From Euprymna scolopes (taxonomy: Eukaryota): 64,000 nt of DNA. The stretch is taken from the NCBI GenBank assembly GCA_053919585.1, contig CM132800.1. One strand, given 5' to 3'. The position numbers and the translations under genes were made by a program. Of this stretch, positions 46,201-57,013 are shown piece after piece. Every line of letters begins with the position of its first letter. Positions within the stretch are counted from its first letter, which is position 1. The notes under the pieces are model-generated. The model was not told where the DNA came from. It did no database searches and saw only the letters and a program-made list of their open reading frames with translations.

Positions 46201-46334
46201 NNNNNNNNNNNNNNNNNNNNNNNNNNNNNNNNNNNNNNNNNNNNNNNNNNNNNNNNNNNNNNNNNNNNNNNNNNNNNNNNNNNNNNNNNNNNNNNNNNNN
46301 NNNNNNNNNNNNNNNNNNNNNNNNNNNNNNNNNN
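46201..46334. other. Assembly gap (134 N)
   Basis: Run of N. Confidence 1.
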
Positions 46335-47731
46335 TAAATGATTGGGGTTTTTTATGGGTCGTTCTTTCATAGGTTTTTGATCGGTTAAAATAGTTTTAAG
46401 GAGTCAAAAAGAGGTAAAATTTGGAAAAAATCGTGATATATGTTGCACATTCTTCTTAGTTAATTTGTAATTTTTAATCAGTTCATATGCCTGTCTCGTT
46501 GGTAATGAGGTAACGTCAGCAGCATTGAATGCTACAGTTTTGCTTTTGATTTCGATTCTAGTTGATGCCACCCAAATTTTTTTTTTATTTCTGAAATCTC
46601 GACTCTATAATAATATATACGAAATCTGGACAAATTAAAATATCATATTTAAACGTCTCCCCCGCTGGCCAAGTATATAAAACGTTACATGTCTGTCTGT
46701 CTCCATATTTTTAAACTTTATATTTTCCGAAATTAAAAGTCGCAGAGCGGCACTAGGAGTTCGAATTATTGATTTTTTTTATGGACCATCTTTTATGGGT
46801 CTTTAGCCGGTTAGACAGTTCTTAAAGGGTAAAATATGGGTCAATGTTTTTTTTAAATCGTGATACATTTTGTACATTCATCTCAGTTTATTTTTAATCA
46901 GTTAATATGTGTATCACGTTGCTACAGTGGTAACGTCACCAGCTTTAATGCTAAAGTTTTGCTTTCGATTTCAGCAATAGCACCCAAATGTTTTTTTTAC
47001 TTTTGAAATCATGACTTCATAATAAAATATATGAAATCTGCGTAAATCAAATTATCATTAGCATATCTTACGGCCAGAAATAGCCCCCCATCCCACTCGC
47101 GCTTTTCATATCATCTGCATTGTCTAAACGCGCGTTTTTACGTAAACATTGACTTAAAATTATACATCATACATATAGATCGGTTTGTACTTTTTTCTCA
47201 CTTCAGACACGCACACACTGGGTTTCAGAATCGATAATTTTTTTCCTCAAATATCCCAACAAAAATTTATCATCCAAACGCACTTGTTACTGTTATGTAA
47301 ACAGTGAATTACACTTGAACATTAAATCTAGGTATAGCACTGTTTGTCTTTTCTTTGAATAAGAACGCGCACACAACTGGTTTCGATCATGATATTTTGT
47401 GCCCCCAAGAAACAAATAGAACAACGATTATTCAAACGCACTTTCTTTTACGTAAAAATTGATTTAAACTTATCTTATCTATAATTGCGCAGTTTGTATT
47501 TTTTTTTTTCAATTCCGACGCGCACACGCCGGGTTCGATCACTTTATTTTTTTCTGATCCCCCCCCCCACAAACCGCTCTCAAAATAAATTTATTAAAAT
47601 GAACTTATTTCTTACGTAAACACTGAATTAAAATCATATCTACATATAGCAGGGTTTGTATTTTTTCTAGCTTCGACTTGGTTATTAGATTTTCGTCATT
47701 TTCGGGCAATGCAGGGTTACGAGTAGGCTAG
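46335..47731 (+). mobile_element. Probable non-autonomous Helitron with internal repeats; 5' end not defined
   Basis: The 3' end CGGGCAATGCAGGGT...CTAG|T (47703-47732) resembles a decayed GC-rich Helitron hairpin plus CTAG before a T. Internal features: a (GTCT)n motif at 46691, a diverged direct duplication (about 46340-46648 vs 46768-47060) and an about 155-bp subrepeat array. Confidence 0.55.
47124..47678. repeat. About 3.5 diverged tandem copies of an about 155-bp unit
   Basis: The series AAACGC..TTA(C/T)GTAAA..TGA(A/C/T)TTA..GTTTGT..ACGCGCACAC..GG(G/T)TTC recurs at about 47124, 47275, 47433 and 47596. Confidence 0.8.
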
Positions 47732-48341
47732 TCAAGCTATAATCGACGGACCTCTAAATAGCTGCTTGTCTAACACCGACACCACTATATAACAAATACC
47801 TGTTAACAAATAATGCTGATGCTAGAGACGTTTGGGCTTAACCTAATACAGACGAATTAGCCATATGAAGCTCTAAATAACGAATCATTGATAACTCGGG
47901 CGTCGAAAATTCAAATTAGCTTCACCGAATCTTAATTTTATATTTAAAACTACAGTGAATTACATCCCTGTCGAGCAATGCTTTTATGTACGGTACATGT
48001 GATTCATTATCAGTTACTTTGTGGGTATTTGTTTTGCCCATAAGACATCGGGCTTTTGTCACCATAATACACCTCGGAGGCAAATAGAAGTTTTCTAGAC
48101 AAAGTTTAGACATCATATCTAAGTCGACCTTGAAAATTATAGAGAAATTAATAAAGAAAGTGGCCACAGTTGTTTTTATAGTTATCTGTCAATATATTAT
48201 TCAATAAATGAGAAAAATCATTTTAACATGATCAGCCTATTGGGGGCTGTGTCTAGATAATGTAATGTTGTGACCCTTTGGGCTGTGATCATAGCGTAGT
48301 ATCTGTGTAAACTGTGGGAAACAGGGCCAAGGGTCAAAACA

Positions 48342-48383
48342 TTCTTCTTCTTCTTTTTCTTCTTCTTCTTCTTCTTCTTCTTC

Positions 48384-48425
<42 letters not shown>
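48342..48425. repeat. (CTT)n(ATT)n compound microsatellite
   Basis: Directly visible. Confidence 0.95.
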
Positions 48426-48427
<2 letters not shown>

Positions 48428-51400
48428 TTATTCGAGCGACGGCGGGTCGCTGGATCAATTATTATGATTAGAAAAATAAACAATTAAATTGGGGAAAAAA
48501 TGATTGACATATATAATATAATAATATGGCAAAAGGAATGTGAACATAGAAAATAGATGTAAACATTATTTTTGGTTTGCATAAACAAATTACTAGACTT
48601 GGGTTACATCAGCTGTTGGTATGAGGCACGTGATGAGATCTATGTAGATTTTGCGAGATTCTAAAAGTCGTTAGCTGGACACAAGAGAGAACGGACGACT
48701 CAAGAGTTGGTCAACATGACGCAGGGAGCGGCCTCATTTCAGGCAGCCAAGATGTAAAAACGTGTAATCTCTGAAAATGCCGGCCGAATCATGAAAATAA
48801 ATTTTTGTAAATAATTCAGGTATGCGTTGTGTTATTTACATCTGTTTAAAAGAACTGTTTGTCTTCAACTGTTTTCATACGTCCACGTCAATCGTTTTCT
48901 GATAGAATTGTTGCATAAATGTTAAAATATACACACTAAACGATCAACTAACTGATACGACGTAAATAAATACACACATTTATACGTACATGAATATACA
49001 GATCAAATATAAAACTCAACTATACAACATGTACGTCGTTATATACATATTCATATACACATTGCACAACATGAGCCCGTTTTAGAGACCCATAATATAA
49101 CAATAACACCCACCATACATACACAAACTGAAACACGTCCTCTCTCAGATTCCCCAATTTGATTTGGTAATGAAATTAACAATCATTTCTGAAATCCTAC
49201 CATATTGGGTTCAGAATAACTACAGCCTATACCTAAGTTGTCCACCAAGTTTTACTTATAAATGTCCACCAGTTTTTGTTTTATAACTGTTCAGTGATAT
49301 GATATATGTACACCAACGTTGTAATGCATCTATTAAATTCACGTCCACACATATTCAATTGAACGGCTGTGAAATCTGACCAATGAGAGCAAGAAAACTA
49401 CAAAACTTTGAAGTGTTTGATCATTAATGTTTGCATCGTATCCTTCGTGTTCACTGGCAACAATTCAGCTCAAATGTCATTGTTCGTGCCTGCTGTAACA
49501 TATTCTCCCTATAGCAAATTTTCCTCTCGAGGTGTCTTCGCTGTTTAGGTCACGCTCTTTTTTGTCAACCTATATGATTTCATCCTCAAAGTAATGAACC
49601 ATTTCCCCATCAGTGTTAAAATAAAATTAAAAAACGCCACTGAGGCCAGCTGAAAATTTGATTCAGAACGCTGGAACATGATACTAAGCTGATCATAGGC
49701 TCTCGTTCTAGTGGGATTCGCTGCTGAAACTGTAACTGGCTAAGATTTGTGTTTGCTACTGCGGTGGCAGCATTCGTTAAGGGCACTGTAAATTCTATGG
49801 ATGGGGCCTGCCTAATCGTTTCTATGTAAATACCGAAATAAGTAAGAGTATGTTAGCGTAGTAAGTAAACCTGAATACAACGTGCAATTAACTGGGACAA
49901 ACTCTTTTTAAACACTATCCTCGTTTTGGCTGCGATGTTTCTTTTAATTTCAGGACTATACTGAGGATTGTCTTAAGAATATATTCCTCTTGCGATGACT
50001 CTATAGAAACAAGAACTGGGTAGGGATTACGGTTTGGATTAAACTTTCTACTAATGACACGAACACAGAAAATATTGCCACTTTTTCAACTGTTGTTTTT
50101 TTAAGTGTAGATAGTTGTCATATCCTAGGGAAACAATTGTTCGCCTCTCACAACGCCTCTTCGTCTGGTCCAAACTTCTCATTGACTATTCAGTACCATC
50201 AAGTATTAATCAAAATAGCACATTTGGAGCATTTAATTGAACGGTTATCGGTCAAACGCTGTAGAACATTCATGACTAAACTATTAGAACAAGTCGTGTA
50301 TAAAATATAATTTATATGTGCAAACTTTGTTTACATTGTAAAACAATAAGTGTGATTTATATTAACGTTTCCATGTGTGGCATTTATTGGTTATTCTGTA
50401 TAAGATTGTGCTGCAAATGTAAGCATTTTAACCCCTAGTAGCTATTTAGTTTTACCTCTAACATTTGTCTTTATTATAAGATTTAATGAGCATGTCACTT
50501 TTCATTATGCTTAGGCACTATATTTAATTATGAATTTTTTCTAATGTCTACTGCTTTTCCCTAAATTTCTTTCTATTAGAAATATGCACACTTTATGGCA
50601 TTCCTATATAGAGCTTTACTATTTCGTCGTTATTCTCATATTTCCAGTTTCATATTCTCCCATCTTTTCTTCTAGCTTCGTTCCTTTTTCTTTTATTTTG
50701 CAACCATTTGTCTTATTATCTTCTCGTTTTTTTTCTTTAAAATCATTTTTCCAATATTAATCACAACGAAAGGTTTACGTGATTGCGAGTTAGACGGTTA
50801 ACTATATATGATCGGATTTGACACATGTAAATCACTTAACTGTTCGACAAGTATCTATTTACAATAGCCTTAAATACGACCAGGTTGTAGTCTGTAAGGA
50901 AGTAGTACCTAGAAATATTTTAACGTGTTCGAGGTTCTTTGTAAAAAAAAACTCTGTTCATGTAAACTGTGCTTGGTATTAGGTACACAGAGGAAAAATA
51001 AGGTATTTTGCAGTAGATCATAAACAAGCCAGCGACCCCCATACATACCTGCTTTAGGGTGGCATGCAGTCACCGCATCTTTACACGCACGCACAAGTCT
51101 ACTAACTGGCTACACTTTATCTAAGTTAACACTTATCCCCACCCCCCAAAAAGCTGTTGAAAGCTTTAATAAACGAGAACTATATAATTTTGAAATTGTG
51201 TTTCTTCATGTTTTATACGGGTTATAATGTTCGAAATCTTAGTTGTATGATGTATGTATGTATGGGTGAGTATATAGTTATGTGTATTTGTCTATATGGG
51301 TATATATTTATATGTATGGGTGCGCGGTTGTACCTGTATATATGTATATTTCTGTGTATATGTATGTATATACATATATGTATATGTGTATCTGTATATC

Positions 51401-51548
51401 TATGTATGTATATGTGTTTTATGTGTGTATTGTATATATATCTCTGTGAGTTTGTGTATATATGTATATGTACCTGTGTATCTGTATCTATGTATATATA
51501 TATAATGTATATAATATGTGTATGCGTATGTTTGTATGCATGTATATG

Positions 51549-51594
<46 letters not shown>

Positions 51595-51868
51595 TATGGG
51601 AAGGTAAATGGGAGTATGATCTACAGGTTTTTAAGTTTGTCTTTAGATATTTAAAAATTTCCTAAGTGATACTTTATTAGTATTTGTATAATCACAGCGG
51701 TATATACCTTTGTATATCTTTTCGTATTTCTTTGTTCTTACAGTAAATATTTCTCGCCACCTTACGTAATGGGTCATAATGTTGAAAATACGCAATTTTT
51801 TTATACTAACTATTAGTTAACCATAGTTAGGTGTTCATGTATGTCGACGATAATTATTTTTAGACTTG

Positions 51869-51916
<48 letters not shown>

Positions 51917-52016
51917 CATGTGAGTGGGTGTATGTAGGTCGTTATATGTAGATATACATATGTATGTGTGTGTATTTGTATGTGTGCATATATGTATATA
52001 AATGTGGGTATGTATG

Positions 52017-52053
<37 letters not shown>

Positions 52054-52057
<4 letters not shown>

Positions 52058-52458
52058 GAGATGGTAATTAATAAAAAAAAACTGAAGAAAGTGCTCAATA
52101 CTGTTGTAGAGCAAATATGCGTTTTATTTTTTATTACCGTATCTTTCTGTTAAGTTACATTTTTATTTCGGCTACTCGGCCGTTTTTGTTTTTTTTGCCG
52201 TCTGTAAACCCCAAAACTAAAACATTATCGACATACCAAGCACCCCCCACCTTCCCCTTTGTTCCCCTCCTCTCTCTCTTTCTTCCGCCTTCCTCGCAAC
52301 CCCCACTGACCTCATTCACTTTTTCACTCTTTCATCCCAAAATAGCGAACATTTCTGTAAAAGTCTGAGGATACTACAGACGGCCAAAAAAAAAAACGGC
52401 CGAGTAGCCGAAACAATAATGTAACTTAACAGAAAGATATGGTAATAAAAAATAAAAC

Positions 52459-52460
<2 letters not shown>
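52054..52460 (+). mobile_element. About 400-bp (TA)n-flanked insert with about 90-bp inverted repeats and an HHR motif; Penelope pLTR-like
   Basis: 52115-52206 is approximately the reverse complement of 52375-52464. (TA)n lies on both sides, and the right arm overlaps an HHR motif. Confidence 0.6.
52361..52427 (+). ncRNA. Type I hammerhead ribozyme motif (partly decayed)
   Basis: AAGU-CUGAGGA-UA CUAC AGA CGGCC A11C GGCCG A GUAG CC-GAAA-C AAUAAU GUA/ACUU. Stem I AAGU:ACUU is perfect and the core is intact; the base of stem II is mismatched. Confidence 0.7.
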
Positions 52461-52496
<36 letters not shown>

Positions 52497-52987
52497 ACAT
52501 GTAGGTAGGCCTATGTGTGTATTAGTATGTTTCTCCATTATATGTATGTCTATGTGTGTGCATGTGTGTATATGTGGATTTATATGTAACTTTCATGCAT
52601 TGGGAGTGTATGTAATGCTCAACGCGTGCATGAAACTTTATGTGAGAGAGTATGTGTTTTCCCGCTATATATGTAATTACTTAGTGGAAATTTCATGCTA
52701 AATGACTTAATTATCTAAAATAAATCGTATTTTTATTATGTTCTGTGTCGACATAGTTTCCTCCGTTTCTGTGTTTGTGTAAGTTAAGGTACTATGTATA
52801 TGTGTACGTATATGTTTTTATGTGTACGTATATGTTATGCGTGTATGTATATGGTTATATATGTAGATATATGCATGTGAGTGTAACTACGTGCATGAGT
52901 ATATATGTATATTATATGGATATGTATTTACGTTTGGTGTAAATGTATAGATGTATATCTGTAGATGTATATGTATGTGCGTATATC

Positions 52988-53019
<32 letters not shown>

Positions 53020-53571
53020 GGTGTATGCGAGTCTATATATTTATGCATGTATATACTGTATTGTTGCATTTTATATCTATATGTTTTGGTTTTCTTACAT
53101 TTTTTTATAATTTTATATATTTTATATTTCTGTGTGTATGCGTAAGGAAATATACAAAAAGTGTGCACCCACTCCTGCGTATTTGTGTGTATGTTTACTT
53201 CCGAAAAGTGCATGTGTGAAAATCAGAAATATCGTTTTCCCCATACTGGGTGAACGTTGGGAATTGCTGAGCACTTAAAGTTTGACCGTTGGTTATAGGC
53301 AACATATTGTCTTACTTCTCAAGTAATTTACAACGCTAAACCAAAGAGTAGATACTTAACTTTTAGGTTATAAATAGAATAAAATAAAAATTGTCCCTAC
53401 CGAAGTTAAGACGAGAAGAAATAGAAGCCTAGATAAATGGATTATTACGGGACCTTGCTTATTCTCCCCATGCCAACCCCTACCCCTGTTCTATGGAAGG
53501 ACTCTAATTTTGTAAGTGATATTATAAAAAAATAATTTTTATCTTGAGTTTCAGTTTTCGAGGGAAATTCT

Positions 53572-53637
53572 TGGCCTGAAGACGTAATCTCCCCAATAAC
53601 GGGTGATTACAGAAACATGTATGCACATATGTAGCCA
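53572..53637 (+). ncRNA. Type I hammerhead ribozyme motif (near intact)
   Basis: UGGC-CUGAAGA-C GUAAUC U CCC CAAUAAC GGG U GAUUAC A-GAAA-C AUGU AUGCAC AUAU GUA/GCCA. Stem I is 4 bp, stem II 6+3 bp, stem III 6 bp within a near palindrome, and the triplet is GUA. Confidence 0.82.
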
Positions 53638-53759
53638 TCAATGTGTGTATAAATAAATTTAATATACTTGCTCTGTTTACTCATTGAGCGCTTTTGGGTA
53701 GACACATGTTGTTTCATTGAATGTACTTCTAGGAAACTAAACCCTACTGCCATAATATA

Positions 53760-53823
<64 letters not shown>

Positions 53824-53828
<5 letters not shown>

Positions 53829-54296
53829 AAAATTATGATTAAATTTACCAAAATGATCCAAGATGGTAAAACTAAAGTATATTATAAATATTAAAGAATT
53901 AATATTTATAGAGTAATCTCAACCAGATGTAAAAGCTCGATAAAATAAAATAGGAGATAGAGCTTATAATAATTGGATTTTACCGTTATTGGATAATTTA
54001 CCTTTCACCAGACTATCCATTCATGTGTAATCACCTTTTTCTTCACCATATTCCCTCTGCTTCATTTTTTGTTATCAAGTAAGATCTTTTACTTACTTGC
54101 AGTTTCATCAAATACTTCTGTATGCAAAATCCGATCCCGCATTTTGCTAATTTCTACTCTCTGATGAAAAGGAGAGTATTTCTTCGAAACTCCGCGGATT
54201 AAGGACTATCCACTTATTAAGTGTTTCCTTTTCAGATTAAATATGTTTTTAACTCTTTTTCAAATTGTTTTTAACATGTTTTATTAACTATTTGCT

Positions 54297-54299
<3 letters not shown>
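53824..54299 (+). mobile_element. Probable 5'-truncated Penelope-like element end (GIY-YIG C-terminus + pLTR) inserted in (TA)n
   Basis: Long (TA)n tracts on both sides. The translation INIKELIFIE*SQPDVK...IGDRAYNNWILPLL resembles the tail of PLE endonucleases, and an HHR motif follows. Confidence 0.5.
54158..54204 (+). ncRNA. Degenerate type I hammerhead ribozyme motif
   Basis: UCU-CUGAUGA-A AAGGAG AGUA UUUCUU C-GAAA-C UCCGCGGA UUA/AGG. Intact core and palindromic UCCGCGGA in stem III, but a C.U mismatch next to the core and a weak stem I. Confidence 0.6.
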
Positions 54300-54358
<59 letters not shown>

Positions 54359-54729
54359 GTGTACATGTATTATTATTTATCGACTCCACAATGTGCGAAC
54401 GCTTACACATTCTCATTCCTCTTCTTTACTCATTGCCACATGCTGCCTTGATCTATGTCAAGTAGCTATTGTATTATTCGCCTTAAGTCTACTAGCCCGC
54501 GTTCTTTCTTATAAAGTGTGTTATGCGAATACGGACAAGGTTTTCGAGCGCCTTTCTTATACATTGCTGTGGCATGCACACCAAATGGGTTTTATATTGA
54601 CCTCTTACATAGACTCACCAACCATAAACTGTCATAACTCATGGTTTCTATTTGAACCAAGTTTCTACGGCCGATATCTTTCTATGTATGTATATGTGTA
54701 TGTATGTATGTATCTACTTGTGTCAGGTC

Positions 54730-54926
54730 ATGTCATATGCTACTGGTACCATGTAACCCAGTACTACCTGCCTCATGGTCGGGTCACCGGCGACTAAACT
54801 GGTTCCCCCACCAGACTTGTTTGGTGAGGAGGGCGGCTAGTCTCCCTGGAGGATTAAAAACAAGACCTTCCAAAGGGCGAATGAACTCTTTTTCTGGGTC
54901 AACGGCCAACTAGCACCGTGTATATT

Positions 54927-54959
<33 letters not shown>

Positions 54960-55270
54960 ATTGGGGTGGAGAGGGCTCCCGTAAGCCGTGGTGAAGGCAA
55001 CCTTTCTAGGAGAAGCAAATCTCTGATTTAAAAAAACATAAAGCGGGAGACCAGTACCCGCATTAAGCTGGTCTGCAGTTTGATTTGTTGCTGGCTACCT
55101 TGCTCTTGCTTGTTGCTGGATCTCAACATTTTGAACAGAGAGAGACTTAGCTGTCGTACAAAGCTAAGACTCTGTAACATCATATTTGTATAGATACTCC
55201 CTCAGGCATTTAGGCTCATGGATTTTAAATGTCTGAGGGAGTGGCACTCGTCTGACAAGACGTTGCAATC
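54730..55270 (+). mobile_element. Possible RTE-type LINE 5' UTR remnant
   Basis: GC-richer structured island. GGCAACCTTTCTAGGAGAAGCAAATCTCTGATT resembles RTE leader sequences as I recall them (unverified). A 17-bp hairpin lies at 55196-55242. Confidence 0.3.
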
Positions 55271-55745
55271 AACATCATGTATGTATCTATCTAGCTATCT
55301 ATCTTTTGTACATAGACATCACTCGAGGATAAGAGTTAAGAGCGTACAGTAGTCAATTGGACAATATAGTAATCGTAAGTAATGGAAATTCGGTAAATTT
55401 GTTAACTTAAGGGGGGAGGCTCATCAAGAACTTGTTTACGTTGGACTTGAAGACAATCAGATTGTAGTCAGCTAGAAAGCAGGAAAACGGGAGACAGTTA
55501 CACAGGCGTGGAATCTATGTTTAGGTTTAGGCACAGATAAATAGTTGGGGGAATTATGTATAGTGTTTTCAGGTAGACAAGTGTTTCTTGTGACAGTTTG
55601 GTTAGGAGGGACCATAGATTGAAACTCAGTCGAGCACTTGTCATGAAAATAACGATAAAGCAGAGACAAACTTGCAACATCTCTTCTGTGAGATAGAGGT
55701 TACCGGGAAGAGAAAAAGACACCTCCTACGAGGCTTCGAAGTCTA

Positions 55746-57013
55746 CGAGGGGCGTGCAATAAAGAATGCCCCTGACCCACTTCCCATAGCAGTAGAGCAA
55801 CGAAACTTAGCACAGTTATTAGTCTTTCTCTACATAGGAATCACCAAAAGTTAAGCATTTCTTCTATCGTTTGATGCAGCTCTGGAAACCGTTTTTGTAG
55901 AACATTCCAGGTTGGTCCTCCAACAACAACGTGACTTCAGAAATCAAGGCTGCATCATCTGGGAAACCCTTTCCTTTCAAAAACAACTTCATGGCTGGGA
56001 AGGGGTGATAGTCAGAGGGTGCAAGGTCAGGAGAGTAGGGAGGATTTCATAACCACACGCCCGTGCTTCTGATCTAGCGACATGCGAGTTGTGGACCGGA
56101 GCGTTGTCCTACAGGAGGAGCGTAGCTTTGCTGATCTTGCCCCGCCTCTTGATTTTGATAGCTTCCCTTAATTTCCTCAAAAGTGAAGCATAATAGGCCC
56201 CTATAATTGTGGTACCTTTAGCAGGAAATCTGTCATCACTACTCCGTCCTGGTCCCAGAAAACTGTGAGAATGACCTTGCCAGTGAAGGGCTGCACCCTT
56301 GCCTTTTTTGGAGGTATGAGTCCAAGTGCTTCCACTGCATTGACTGGCCTCTGGTCTCTGGATCATAGTGACGGACCCAGGTTTCATCTTGTGTAATCAG
56401 TCTTTTGAAAAACTTTGACTCATCTTCTTGGCACATCTCCAAATTCATCCTCGAGCACTAGACGCGTTCTCGCTTCTGGAATGGTGTGAGAAACCTGGGA
56501 ATCCATCTGGCATATGCAAATGCTCATGAATGATAGTTTTCACAGACCCTGTACTAATCTTGACATCTTGGGCTATTTAGCGAATAGTAATGCGCCGATC
56601 TTCCAAAATGGCAGCCTCAACTTGACGGACAGATGCCTCATCAATGGCAGAAGGGGGACGACCAGGTCTGGGAGCTGTTTCCCCAGACTTCCGGCCTTGT
56701 TTGAATTCACGATGCCAGCGTTTTACAAGGTCATATGATGGGACATTATCACCATAAGTTTCTTTCATTTCATCAATAGTCTCCTGCGGTGTGCGTCCTT
56801 TCAAATACAAAAACTGAGTCACTGCTCGACATTCAACAGGCTCCAATTCACACCTGAACTAGTTCAAAAACCTGTAAAACAGACACCACAGGTACTTCAG
56901 AGCTGTAATTTGTCACATAAGCTGTAAAGATATAAACCATTGCACATGCAAAATTTCAGCTAGATTAGACAACTGGAAGTGGGTCAGTGGCATTACTTAT
57001 TGCACGCCCCTCG
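55746..57013 (-). mobile_element. Full-length mariner transposon (1268 bp; irritans-like), TA target duplication
   Basis: About 39-bp TIRs CGAGGGGCGTGCAATAA..AATGCC.CTGACCCACTTCC with 3 mismatches. TA at 55744-55745 and 57014-57015; transposase inside. Confidence 0.96.
55819..56846 (-). pseudogene. Mariner transposase pseudogene
   Basis: MEPVECRAVTQFL...RPGRP...DRRITIR*, RWIPRFLT, ITQDETWVRHYDPE, *DNAPVH, PYSPDLAPSDYH, ending YVEKD*. In-frame stops and frameshifts are present. Confidence 0.94.

Larger units (their letters stand above)
51245..53150. repeat. Region dominated by degenerate (TA)n/(TG)n/(TATG)n simple repeats, interrupted by short inserts
   Basis: Directly visible; source of the spurious Tyr/Ile/Cys-rich ORFs. 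Confidence 0.85.

Noticed and set aside
48265-48343. Imperfect inverted repeat AATGTTGTGACCCTTTG / CAAGGGTCAAAACATT as a MITE
   Set aside because: Too short, no target duplication and a single copy in the window.
49955-50025. CTGAGGA...GAAAC as a hammerhead
   Set aside because: No credible stems I or III.
51157-54465. Many YIYI/CVCV ORFs
   Set aside because: Translations of dinucleotide repeats.
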